Of a stretch of 25,691 nt of DNA, positions 1 through 8,098 are shown one piece after another; the stretch's first letter is position 1, and each line of letters opens with the position of its first letter. A program made the position numbers and the translations under genes. Under the pieces are notes generated by a model. The model worked only from the letters and a program-made list of their open reading frames with translations, made no database searches and was not told the DNA's origin. Where the stretch lies: IMG/VR virus record IMGVR_UViG_3300010398_000042, positions 1 to 25,691 of that record; one strand, written 5' to 3'. This DNA comes from a virus (Duplodnaviria; Caudoviricetes).

Positions 1-480
1 GGCACGCCGAAGACGCTCGAAACCTCGCAGGAGGAGCTGATCGCCGAGGCGCGCGAGTACCGCGACGCCGGCCTGCTCGTCGAGATCGACTACGACGAGA
101 AGGAATCGACGACGATCAACCAGCACACCGGCAAGCCCTACGTCAACCGCTACTACAACGGCGCCTCGGCGGCGAAGGAAGCCGATGACGAGGTGGCCGC
201 ACGCGACGGCCGGCGCGAGTACGGCTGGAAGACCGATCCCGACGACGCCTGGCGGATCTCGCTCTCGGTCGGGCTGGAACGTGCCGTCGAGCTGCTCGGC
301 CAGGGCGCCCCGGAAGACGACGTCTGGAAGCTCGGCCACAGCCTCGCTACCAAGCTCTACACGACGCCGAAGCCGGGCGTCGCGCCCGAGTCGATCGAGT
401 TCGGCGACAAGCCGGCGAGCGAGACGACGGCGAGCGAGCCGGCCCCCTACATCGACGACGACTGGCCGCCGCGTGAGTAG
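1..480 (+). CDS. 5'-truncated phage protein, probable single-stranded DNA-binding/annealing protein
   Basis: Frame 1 is open from base 1 (GTPKTLETSQEELIAEAREYRDAGLLVEIDYDEKE...) with GC3-rich codons. It has an acidic C-tail (YIDDDWPPRE) like SSB DDDIPF tails and lies next to the exonuclease. Function is inferred. Confidence 0.5.
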   Translation, partial: GTPKTLETSQEELIAEAREYRDAGLLVEIDYDEKESTTINQHTGKPYVNRYYNGASAAKEADDEVAARDGRREYGWKTDPDDAWRISLSVGLERAVELLGQGAPEDDVWKLGHSLATKLYTTPKPGVAPESIEFGDKPASETTASEPAPYIDDDWPPRE

Positions 481-1654
481 AGCGCCGACCGCGCACGAGC
501 TCGTGAAGGCGGTCCGCGCCGGCGGCGGCCGGATCTTCCGCACCCGCGAGCCGGGCGTCGTCTTCGTCCTGACGACGGACGCGACCCTCTCGGCGCGCTT
601 GCAGCGGCTCGGCGGCTCGCCGCACGTCCCGCCGGGGATGCCGAGGGCCGGCCTCGCCGAGATGGACGCCTCGGTGCCGCCCGGCGGCTACCAGAAGGCC
701 CGTAACGGCAGCCTCGAATGGGACATCGTCCTGGGCGGGATCGCGCTCGAAGGCCAGGAGACGCTCTGGGAGGCCGCCGGAAAGGCCTCTGCGGGCACGG
801 CCGAGCAGCAGCCGACCAGCTTCAACCTGCCGATCAAGCATTGGTCGCCGTCGTCGCTCTCGATGCTGCGCCGCTGCCCCCGCCAGTGGCAGGAGCGCTA
901 CGTCAAGGGCCGCAAGGAGCGGCCGGCCGAGGCGCCCGTCGTCGGCACGACCGTGCACGCCGGCCTGGAGCGGAACTTCCGCCAGAAGATCGAAAGCCAC
1001 GAGGACATCCCGGTCGCCGAGCTCGTCGAGTGGTACGACGACCAGGGCTTCGCCGAGACGGTCGAGGCCGAGCAGGAGCGCCGCGGCTTCGAGGTCTACT
1101 GGGACACGGTCGGCAAGGACGGCAAGCCCGACCTCGACTCGATTCGCGCCCGTGGCCGGAAGATGCTCGGCGCCTACTCGAACAAGGTCTCGCCGCGCAT
1201 CCAGCCCTCCGCCGTCGAGTCGTTCGTCTCGGTCGACTTCGGCATCTCGGTGCCGGTCGAGGGCCGCGCCGACCTGATCCGCGAGGCCGAGCCGATCATC
1301 GACTGGAAGACCGGCAAGCGCGCCCGCAAGAAGCCGCAGGAGAGCTGGCGCATCCAGGGCGCCGTCTACCAGGAGGCCGTCGGCCGGCCGATCGAATTCC
1401 ACTCGGTCACCGCGACCGAGTCGGGCAGCGTCTCGATCTGGACGCCGCTGGAAGCGCCCGAGCTGCTCGTCGAACCGACGCCGAGCGAGCGCGCCGAGAT
1501 GCGCCGCACGCTGGCGACGATCGAGGCCGAGGCCTGTCTCTACATGCAGCTCTACGGCCCCGACGAGCCCTGGCCGACGCACGGCCGCTTCCACGAGTAC
1601 GCCTGCAACTACTGCGGATTTCGCTCGGGGTGTCCCGCCTGGGAGGACACGTGA
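473..1654 (+). CDS. PD-(D/E)XK Cas4/RecB-like exonuclease with Fe-S cysteine motif and N-terminal extension
   Basis: Motifs SPSSLSMLRRCPRQW, GTTVHAGLE, VEGRADL, IIDWKTG, QGAVY and C-terminal CNYCGFRSGC (1+3 Cys). GTG at 473 overlaps the upstream stop; the ORF-track start at 185 is a shadow extension. Confidence 0.9.
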   Translation: MSRAPTAHELVKAVRAGGGRIFRTREPGVVFVLTTDATLSARLQRLGGSPHVPPGMPRAGLAEMDASVPPGGYQKARNGSLEWDIVLGGIALEGQETLWEAAGKASAGTAEQQPTSFNLPIKHWSPSSLSMLRRCPRQWQERYVKGRKERPAEAPVVGTTVHAGLERNFRQKIESHEDIPVAELVEWYDDQGFAETVEAEQERRGFEVYWDTVGKDGKPDLDSIRARGRKMLGAYSNKVSPRIQPSAVESFVSVDFGISVPVEGRADLIREAEPIIDWKTGKRARKKPQESWRIQGAVYQEAVGRPIEFHSVTATESGSVSIWTPLEAPELLVEPTPSERAEMRRTLATIEAEACLYMQLYGPDEPWPTHGRFHEYACNYCGFRSGCPAWEDT

Positions 1655-1881
1655 CGGAGCCGACGGTCACGGCCACCTTCGAGGAGTGGCGGACGATGCT
1701 CTACCACTTCTGGCTCTACTGCCACGCGCCCGAGACGGCGATTCGCGTCCAGGTCGGACTGGACGATCTCGACGATCTCGATCTGCCCGTGGAGACGGCC
1801 AACGAAGCAGCCGAGCAGGTGACCGAGTTCCTGCTCGCCTTCTACTTCGTCGGGAAACGCCTCGATGAGGAGGAGGTTTGA
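1651..1881 (+). CDS. hypothetical acidic protein (76 aa)
   Basis: GTGA overlap with the exonuclease stop, GGAGG upstream, GC3-rich codons. Confidence 0.75.
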   Translation: MTEPTVTATFEEWRTMLYHFWLYCHAPETAIRVQVGLDDLDDLDLPVETANEAAEQVTEFLLAFYFVGKRLDEEEV

Positions 1882-1985
1882 CGTTGGCGATCGGGATCAT
1901 CGTCGCCTTCGTCGCCGGCTGGCTCGGGCGCGACCTCTGGGACTTCTGCGTCGAGATGATCGAGCTCTACCGGGAGCAGCGCTAG
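1878..1985 (+). CDS. small membrane protein (35 aa, MTLAIGIIVAFVAGWLGRDLWDF...)
   Basis: TTGA overlap with the previous stop, GAGGAGGAGG upstream, one hydrophobic helix; its stop abuts the next ATG. Too short for the ORF track. Confidence 0.65.
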   Translation: MTLAIGIIVAFVAGWLGRDLWDFCVEMIELYREQR

Positions 1986-2318
1986 ATGCCGGCCTCCAGC
2001 GTCCCGAACAAGCACGGCTTCGGCTACCTGAACGGCTGCGAGACCTGCCACGAGGACTTCTCCAGCGTCAAGATGTTCGATCGCCACCGGATCGGCAGGT
2101 TCGAGTACACCCACAGCCAGGGCCTCCGCTCCGAACCGCCCGTCGAAGACGGCCGGCGCTGCCTCGACGAGGACGAGATGCGCGCCAAGGGCTGGGACCG
2201 GGATGAGCGCGGGCGCTGGGCAGATCCCGCCGAGATCGCCCGCACCACCAGGGACTTCGCCACACGGGCACCAGGACGTGCGCGGACGCGATCTCAGGCC
2301 CTCCGGGGGGCCGGGTGA
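1986..2318 (+). CDS. FDXHR-type phage zinc-binding protein
   Basis: CETC...FSSVKMFDRHR...RRCL...GW...W pattern. Confidence 0.7.
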   Translation: MPASSVPNKHGFGYLNGCETCHEDFSSVKMFDRHRIGRFEYTHSQGLRSEPPVEDGRRCLDEDEMRAKGWDRDERGRWADPAEIARTTRDFATRAPGRARTRSQALRGAG

Positions 2319-2851
2319 GCCAGGACTTCCCCCGCTCGATGACGCTCGGGGAGGCCGAGAAGATCCTCGGCCGGCTCGTCTGGGAACCCGGCGGCGCGAT
2401 CTGTCCGCTCTGCCGCCAGCACGCCCAGGTCTACAAGTGGTCGCTCTACTCCACCGCCGCCCACGCGCTGATCCTGTTCCTCAGACTCGGCGCCCGCAAG
2501 ACGCCGATCCACACGAGCCGGATCAAGGACCTCGGCCACCGCGGTCAGGGTGACATCAACAGGCTGCGGCTCTGGGGATTCGCCGTCGAGGAGCGCGTCC
2601 GCCGCCCCGACGACGGCCGCGCCGGCTTCTGGTGGATCACGAGCAAGGGCGAGGACTTCGCGCAGATGCGGATGACCGTCCCCAAGCACGTCTGGGTCTA
2701 CGCCACGCGCGTGCTCCGCCACGAGGGCGACCCGATCACGATCGAGGACGCGCTCGGAACGAAGTTCAACTACCGCGAGCTGATGGACGGCAACTGGGGC
2801 GACGGCCACGAGCCCGACGTCGGCGGCGACGACGAGGACGACGAAGAGTGA
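2315..2851 (+). CDS. phage protein with CxxC knuckle and winged-helix-like region
   Basis: GTGA overlap; CPLC, then helices and GFWWITSKGEDF wing-like motif; acidic tail. Confidence 0.6.
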   Translation: MSQDFPRSMTLGEAEKILGRLVWEPGGAICPLCRQHAQVYKWSLYSTAAHALILFLRLGARKTPIHTSRIKDLGHRGQGDINRLRLWGFAVEERVRRPDDGRAGFWWITSKGEDFAQMRMTVPKHVWVYATRVLRHEGDPITIEDALGTKFNYRELMDGNWGDGHEPDVGGDDEDDEE

Positions 2852-3537
2852 CACTGCCGCCGATCGGCCCGCAGGTGCGCTCGCTGCCAGGCGGACCGGC
2901 GTACACCGTCGGCCCGCGCTGCTCGCACTGCGGTCTCTTCGCCGATCACGCTCACCACATCTTCCGCCGCTCGCGGCAGGCGGGTGGTTCCCGTACTCCC
3001 GCCGACTGGATCGAGATCGACGGCCGCATCGTCGCTAACAAGACGCCGCTCTGCTGGGTCTGCCACAACGCCGTCACCGGCGAGATCGGCGGCCACAAGT
3101 CTGCGATCCGTTACGACCAGGGCCTCTTCGTCTGGTGCAGGGTGCTGACCGACGAGCACTCGGTCGTGACCGGCTACGAACCGGAGCGCCCGCTCGCACC
3201 CCAACCTCCCACCCCCGAGTCACTCGCTACCACCCCGCGAGACTCCGGCGACTCCGGGGTGTCGGAGAACGCCTGCCCGTTCTGCGGGCAGACGAAGCGG
3301 CGGCGCCCGACCGTCACGCGCTCGCTCGGGCGCCGCCGCAAGTCCTGGCGGATTTTGGTCCCTGACGACGCCGAGGACGGCGCCGAGGTCTTGGACACGC
3401 TCGTGGACGACCTCGGGCTCGTGCTCGGGATCGAGCCGGACGGCACCGGGCGCTACTACGTGATCGTCCCCGCCCTCTACTACGCCCACCAGGACAAGGT
3501 GCGCTTCGCCGAGTCGTTCGAGGGTGTCGGTGGGTAA
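2848..3537 (+). CDS. HNH-fold nuclease-like protein with extra Zn ribbon
   Basis: GTGA start at 2848; CSHC...DHAHHI...NKTPLCWVCHN, later CPFCG. Confidence 0.7.
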   Translation: MTLPPIGPQVRSLPGGPAYTVGPRCSHCGLFADHAHHIFRRSRQAGGSRTPADWIEIDGRIVANKTPLCWVCHNAVTGEIGGHKSAIRYDQGLFVWCRVLTDEHSVVTGYEPERPLAPQPPTPESLATTPRDSGDSGVSENACPFCGQTKRRRPTVTRSLGRRRKSWRILVPDDAEDGAEVLDTLVDDLGLVLGIEPDGTGRYYVIVPALYYAHQDKVRFAESFEGVGG

Positions 3538-3796
3538 GGCGAAGCTGCATCCGCGCTCGCTGCTCACGACCGACGACCAGGTCGAGCTCTACCGCGCCCA
3601 GATGGGCGACGAAAAGACCCAGCGGCAGACGCGACTTGCAGACAACGAGGCCGGCCGCTGCACCTGCGAGCCGACGAAGGTGAAGCGCCGCTGGGCCGAC
3701 ACACCCGACCACGCGCTGACACGCACCGTGCACGAAGCGAGCTGCCCACGTTGGAAGCTCTGGATGTCGGAGGCACGACCGAGGAGCGAGGGATGA
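3530..3796 (+). CDS. hypothetical protein (CxC...HxxxC)
   Basis: Overlaps both neighbours; start GTG at 3524 or 3530. Confidence 0.65.
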   Translation: MGKAKLHPRSLLTTDDQVELYRAQMGDEKTQRQTRLADNEAGRCTCEPTKVKRRWADTPDHALTRTVHEASCPRWKLWMSEARPRSEG

Positions 3797-3870
3797 CGTG
3801 GCCGGTGTACTTCGTCGTCACCGTGCTCTTCGTCTTCTTCGTGCTCAGCGGGCCGAGGAGGCGCGGGTGA
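3793..3870 (+). CDS. 25-aa single-pass membrane peptide (MTWPVYFVVTVLFVFFVLSGPRRRG)
   Basis: ATGA overlap upstream and GTGA overlap downstream; GAGGAG upstream; hydrophobic core with basic tail. Confidence 0.6.
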   Translation: MTWPVYFVVTVLFVFFVLSGPRRRG

Positions 3871-4094
3871 ACGACCGCTTCGTCGTCGGGCACGTCACCG
3901 GCTATCCGATCACGCCGGCCACGATCGCCGACCCGAGGAACGGGCGCGAGAAGACGATCTGGTACGTCTGGGACAGCGCGATCGGCTACGAGATCGTCGG
4001 CGAGTTCCGCAACAGAGGCCACCGCTACGGCGTCAGCTCCGGCGAGGAGCAGGCGCGCACGCTCGCCGAGGAGCTGAACCAGAAGTGCATGTGA
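3867..4094 (+). CDS. hypothetical protein (75 aa)
   Basis: GAGGAGG RBS then GTG 3867 (MNDRFVVGHV...), GC3-rich codons. Confidence 0.7.
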   Translation: MNDRFVVGHVTGYPITPATIADPRNGREKTIWYVWDSAIGYEIVGEFRNRGHRYGVSSGEEQARTLAEELNQKCM

Positions 4095-4549
4095 CCGAGA
4101 AGCTCTGCTCCGGCCCTGCGCACGCCGAGCCGACACGGCTACCGATCGACCACCAGCACTGGAACTTCCACAAGTCGGGCCGCTACCAGGGCAAGCCGGT
4201 CTCGCGCTGCAAGGCCTGCCAGAACTGGGCGAAGCTCGTTCACAAGGACGGCCCGCACGGACTGACGGCGGCGGCGGCGGTACTGCCTTATCTGAAAGAG
4301 CTGCTCGAACGCTGCGGCTCCTACGACCAGATGGAGCGCCGCTACCGGATCAACGAGACGACGACACGGGACCTGCTGACCGGCGTTCAGGCGCGCGTTC
4401 AGAAGAAGACGGCCCAGCGCATCCTGGCCGCGCTCGCCGAGCAGCGAAAGCTCGATCGCAACGGCCACGCGATGACCGACCGCTATCGCTCGAAGCTGGT
4501 TGCGAACGCCGTCCGCGACAAGAAGATGATGGACGGCTACGCGACATGA
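4091..4549 (+). CDS. Zn-binding domain plus XRE-like HTH DNA-binding protein
   Basis: GTGA start; LCSGPAH...WNFHKSG...SRCKAC followed by LKELLERCGSYDQMERRYRINETTTRDLLTG...KTAQRIL. Confidence 0.6.
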   Translation: MTEKLCSGPAHAEPTRLPIDHQHWNFHKSGRYQGKPVSRCKACQNWAKLVHKDGPHGLTAAAAVLPYLKELLERCGSYDQMERRYRINETTTRDLLTGVQARVQKKTAQRILAALAEQRKLDRNGHAMTDRYRSKLVANAVRDKKMMDGYAT

Positions 4550-4908
4550 GGGTGGTCGTCTCCGGCAGCCGCGAGTGGGGCAAGGAACCGTCCGACTCCC
4601 TGCGCGTACACGCCCGCATCTCCGAGCTGCCGCAGGGAAGCGTCGTCGTCCACGGTGACGCGAGCCGCGGCGCCGATCGGATGGCCGACAAGGCAGCACG
4701 CCGCTACGGCTACAAGGTCGAGCGCCACCCCGCCCCCTGGCAGATGCTCGGCAAGCGCGCCGGGATCGTCAGGAACGTCGAGATGCTGGACACCCAGCCC
4801 GACCTCGTGATCGCGTTCTGGGACGGCGAGAGCCGCGGCACGGGACACATGATCCAGGCCGCCCGCGAGCGCGGCATCCCCGTCGAGGTCCACGCCCGCG
4901 ATGAGTAA
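4546..4908 (+). CDS. DUF2493 / YspA-like SLOG family protein
   Basis: MRVVVSGSREW, VVHGDASRGAD, AGIVRNVEML, VIAFWDGESRGTGHMI...GIPV. Confidence 0.9.
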   Translation: MRVVVSGSREWGKEPSDSLRVHARISELPQGSVVVHGDASRGADRMADKAARRYGYKVERHPAPWQMLGKRAGIVRNVEMLDTQPDLVIAFWDGESRGTGHMIQAARERGIPVEVHARDE

Positions 4909-5224
4909 CCGCGAGCGCCAGAAGGGCCTCTTGGGCGAGCGCGAGATCAAGCACGTCTTCGCCTCGCGTGGCTGGACGATGCGCGGCCTCGAAGGCCAGG
5001 GCGACCACATCGCGCTGAAAGAGAAGTGGTTCACTGCCGAGCTTCGCTCGTTCGCCCTCCACATCGAAGCCAAGCGCCAGGAAAGGCTGGCGCTCCCTGC
5101 GTGGCTGCGTCAGGCGTCGGAGGAAGCGCCGGACGGGACTGTGCCCGTTGTCGTCTTCCGGCAAAACCGCGAGCAGTGGTACGTCGCGCTCTCGCTCGCC
5201 GACTTCCTGGAGCTTGTCGGATGA
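4901..5224 (+). CDS. Holliday junction resolvase (PD-(D/E)XK, Hjc-like phage type)
   Basis: RQKGLLGERE, GD, IEAKRQE, WLRQA, PVVVFRQNREQWYV. Confidence 0.8.
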   Translation: MSNRERQKGLLGEREIKHVFASRGWTMRGLEGQGDHIALKEKWFTAELRSFALHIEAKRQERLALPAWLRQASEEAPDGTVPVVVFRQNREQWYVALSLADFLELVG

Positions 5225-5568
5225 CCGAGCGCGAGTACCGGCTCGTGAACGAGAACTACCGGCTGCGCGCCGAGCTGACGCGCGAGCAGGGAAAGCTCCG
5301 CAACGTCCGCGCCCGAATGCGCGCCTGGCGTGAGAGGGAGCAAGTCGCACTCGAAGAGCTGCGCGCCGCGCAGAACGAGGTCGCACAACTGCGCCGCGAC
5401 CAGCTCCGACTCGAAAAGGAAGTGCAACGCGAGTCGGCCTGGCGGCGACAACCCGCTGTCAAATGGCCGACCACATCAAGTGTCCGCCGTTTTTCGCAAC
5501 GTACGTTCGTATCGACTCCGGCAAAGCCGCTCATAGAGCCAAATCCGGGAAATGGTCAGACCAAGTGA
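5221..5568 (+). CDS. coiled-coil hypothetical protein
   Basis: ATGA overlap at 5221; heptad-rich N-terminal 70 aa. The C-terminal part has atypical codons and overlaps putative regulatory sites. Confidence 0.7.
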   Translation: MTEREYRLVNENYRLRAELTREQGKLRNVRARMRAWREREQVALEELRAAQNEVAQLRRDQLRLEKEVQRESAWRRQPAVKWPTTSSVRRFSQRTFVSTPAKPLIEPNPGNGQTK

Positions 5569-5574
5569 ACCGAG

Positions 5575-5583
5575 TTATCCACA
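5575..5583 (+). promoter_or_regulatory. DnaA box (TTATCCACA)
   Basis: Exact consensus 9-mer at the start of the only long non-coding gap in the early operon; single copy. Confidence 0.5.
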
Positions 5584-5669
5584 GCGTTGCGCAGACGACG
5601 AACGACGGCGACTCTAGAAAGGAAATGGGACGCGACGCTGCTCGCTCGACGGCCGTGCCGCGCCCCACA

Positions 5670-5935
5670 TAGGTGTAGCACCCAGGAGAACCCACGGTGA
5701 AGACCACGCCCCGTTCCGATCGAGCCGGAGGGGAATCGCAAAAGGTGGCACTGGACCGTCGCACGGGGTGAGTCCAAAGGGGACTGCATCGTCAAATCGG
5801 AAAAACGCGGAGACGCCTTGTGTACGTGACCCAGCAAGCAGCCGAGCACGAAAGCCCTTCCAGTGCGAAGCAAAACCGCCGACGCCCGCCGCCGCTTGAA
5901 AGAGCGGGGTAACGCCAGCCCTACGCCGAAAAGGA
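5670..5935 (+). ncRNA. candidate structured non-coding RNA or origin element
   Basis: No convincing ORF. Stems at 5672-5682, 5709-5733, 5756-5766, 5771-5785, 5807-5816 and 5892-5907, plus a long-range 5748-5755/5859-5866 pairing; A-rich linkers. Confidence 0.35.
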
Positions 5936-5947
5936 GACCACACCCCC

Positions 5948-6160
5948 TTGGAGCCAAATCACGACGACGGCGACGGCGAAGATTTCGAGTGGGGCGAGAT
6001 CGGCGAGCAGTGGTTCGTGGACGACCCGACGTTCGTGACGCTGCTCGACTCGATCAGGGCGCTGCCCGAGGCGGAGCAGCGGCGCGTGGCGAGGGTGATC
6101 GAGCGCGTCGTCGAGGACCTGCACGAGATCGCGGAGCTGATCGCCGATGCTCGGGATTGA
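5948..6160 (+). CDS. hypothetical acidic helical protein
   Basis: AAGGAG upstream of TTG; GC3-rich codons resume here. Confidence 0.7.
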   Translation: MEPNHDDGDGEDFEWGEIGEQWFVDDPTFVTLLDSIRALPEAEQRRVARVIERVVEDLHEIAELIADARD

Positions 6161-6503
6161 CGAACTGGGCCTGACGCCGATCCAGGTGAACGAGGTCAGG
6201 AACGCCGACCAGAATCTCGTCGTCGCCTGGCTCGCCGCGGCGAGCGCGCCGGGCGTCAAGTCGCCGACCGGCCTCTTCCTCGCCGGGATCAGGAGTGGAC
6301 AGACACCCGGCGTCGTCGCCGACGCGACGCGCGCGCGCAAGACGAGGACGGCGATGGCCTGGATCAGGAACGTCGGCGCGATCGTCAGCGAGAGCGAGAT
6401 GATCGAGGAGCTCTTCGACGGCACGAACGCGCAGCTCGCGCGCTGGCGCTCGGACGAGGAGCTGCGCGAGCAGATGAACGAGGCGTGGCGAGCCCAGCAG
6501 TGA
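6147..6503 (+). CDS. protein resembling a DnaD-like/replication-initiator C-terminal domain
   Basis: VKSPTGLFLAGIRSG resembles the (I/V)xxPxGyLxxxIxxG signature; function is inferred. Confidence 0.45.
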   Translation: MLGIDELGLTPIQVNEVRNADQNLVVAWLAAASAPGVKSPTGLFLAGIRSGQTPGVVADATRARKTRTAMAWIRNVGAIVSESEMIEELFDGTNAQLARWRSDEELREQMNEAWRAQQ

Positions 6504-6754
6504 GCGAGCCGCTCTCGGAGGCGCTGCTCTCGGCGCTCGCGCCGGCGCTGCGCGAGCTCGTGCGCGCCGAAGTGAAGAAGGCCGACTTCGAGTGGCGCTG
6601 GCGCACCGCCGAGCAGGCGGCGGAGCTCCTGGACATCTCGCCGGAGGCCGTGCGCTCGCGCGTCCGCCGCGGCAGCCTGCCCGGCAAGACGCTGGCCGGC
6701 CGCGTCTTCGTCGATCTGCGCGAGCTCGATCGCAGGCTGGAGTCCGTCCGCTGA
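6500..6754 (+). CDS. xis: excisionase (HTH_17/MerR-like HTH)
   Basis: WRTAEQAAELLDISPEAVRSRVRRGSLPGKTLAGRVFVDLRELD, directly upstream of the integrase; GTGA start. Confidence 0.8.
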   Translation: MSEPLSEALLSALAPALRELVRAEVKKADFEWRWRTAEQAAELLDISPEAVRSRVRRGSLPGKTLAGRVFVDLRELDRRLESVR

Positions 6755-6758
6755 CCTA

Positions 6759-6833
6759 TGCTACCCTCAGTGCCACCTAACCGAAAGAGGCCGGGCGAGC
6801 GCGAACTCCCCGGCCGTGACCACCACAAGGAGG
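6759..6833 (+). promoter_or_regulatory. integrase promoter and leader: extended -10, hairpin, RBS
   Basis: TG-C-TACCCT at 6759-6767; hairpin GGCCGGG/CCCGGCC at 6789-6815; AAGGAGG at 6827-6833. Confidence 0.55.
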
Positions 6834-6841
6834 TGCCCCAA

Positions 6842-8098
6842 GTGGCAGCAGGACAGCGTACTCCACTCGACACGAGGCGCTACCCCGGCCTCGTCAAGCG
6901 CGACTCGAAACGCGGCGTCGTCTGGGAGCATGTGCAGTGGAACTCCGCCGAGAAGAAGTCGATCCGTCGCCCGCTCGGCGTCGGGCTGACCCAGAAGCAA
7001 GCGATCGAAGCCTGGGAGAAGCAGCGGCCGGAGGTTCGGCAAGCCCGTGGACGCAGCTCGAAGCGGATGACCGAGATCGCCGACAGCTACTTCGCCCGCG
7101 TCGACAAGAGACTGGCGCGACCCACCCAGAGCAGAGACCCACGCTATGGCAACAGACGCCGTCGCGGCATCGGTTCGCAGGCAACCCGTAACCAGTACTT
7201 CACTGATTGGGAGAAGTACGTCGAGCCGGCATTCGGCAAGATGTACGCCCACCAGATCGAAGCCGAAGACGTGCTCGAATGGCTCGACTGGCTCTGGGAG
7301 CAACCGGGTCGCAGCGGCGACACGTTCTCCGGCTCGACCGTCAACGGCAAGCTGACCGTCCTGCGCGTGCTCCTGAACGAGGCGCAGCTCCAGGGCGCCG
7401 TGGACTTCGACGTGTTCCGTCGCATCCGCCCCGAGGATTTGCCTGACCAGGCGCCACGCGAAAGCTACGACGCAAACGCGCTCCGCATCCCCGAACTGCT
7501 GAAGCTGATCGCCGCCGCCGACGACGAGCACAAGCGCAACCTGATCGTCGTGCTCGCCTACACCGGCATGCGTCGCGCAGAGGTCGTCGCGCTCCAGTGG
7601 GGCGAGGTCGCCGTCGCCGAGAAGATGCTGAAGCTCGCCAAGTCGTTGGCGCCGCTGGAGCGCGGTCAGGACGCGCGGCGGATCGACCTGAAGGGGAAGT
7701 GGAAGCGCACGGTCGTGACGCTGCCGCGCACGGTCGAGGCGTTCGGCTCCGAGTGGGCGACCGCGACCGAGCGCGGCTTCACCGGCGACCGCGACTACGT
7801 GTTCACGAGCGACATCCCCGGCCGGCCGCATGACCCCTCCTACGTCACCGACATCGTCAAGGAGGCAGCGGAGGCCGCGGGCCTGGAGGGCGTCACCCCG
7901 AGGACGCTGCGGCGGACGACGGCGACGATCTTCGCACTCGCCAAGATCCCACCCCACCTCGCCGCCCGCATGCTCGGCCACTCGCCCGAGGTCTACGACA
8001 AGAACTACGTGCAGCAGTACCGCGATCTCGAAGAGCACGAGGGCATCATCGAGGCGCTCGGCTTGCTCGGCTTCGGCGACCTGGAGGAGGAGGCATGA
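6842..8098 (+). CDS. int: tyrosine integrase
   Basis: SAM-like region (TRNQY...STVNGKLTVLRVLL), YTGMRRAE, LKGK, PRTLRRT, MLGHS, VYDKNY. GTG at 6842 is 8 nt after AAGGAGG; attP is adjacent. Confidence 0.95.
   Translation: MAAGQRTPLDTRRYPGLVKRDSKRGVVWEHVQWNSAEKKSIRRPLGVGLTQKQAIEAWEKQRPEVRQARGRSSKRMTEIADSYFARVDKRLARPTQSRDPRYGNRRRRGIGSQATRNQYFTDWEKYVEPAFGKMYAHQIEAEDVLEWLDWLWEQPGRSGDTFSGSTVNGKLTVLRVLLNEAQLQGAVDFDVFRRIRPEDLPDQAPRESYDANALRIPELLKLIAAADDEHKRNLIVVLAYTGMRRAEVVALQWGEVAVAEKMLKLAKSLAPLERGQDARRIDLKGKWKRTVVTLPRTVEAFGSEWATATERGFTGDRDYVFTSDIPGRPHDPSYVTDIVKEAAEAAGLEGVTPRTLRRTTATIFALAKIPPHLAARMLGHSPEVYDKNYVQQYRDLEEHEGIIEALGLLGFGDLEEEA

Noticed and set aside
1762-1784. Short tandem duplications (GACGATCTC here, GACTCCGG at 3241-3257)
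   Set aside because: In-frame micro-duplications in acidic or linker segments, with no further pattern.
5565-5771. Short ORFs 5565-5672 and 5697-5771 as genes
   Set aside because: Atypical codon usage and overlap with the DnaA box and hairpins. Not excluded as leader peptides, but too weakly supported to annotate.
5765-5790. Hammerhead ribozyme (TGA-GTCC...GGAC resembles stem II)
   Set aside because: The conserved CUGAnGA and GAAA core nucleotides are absent.
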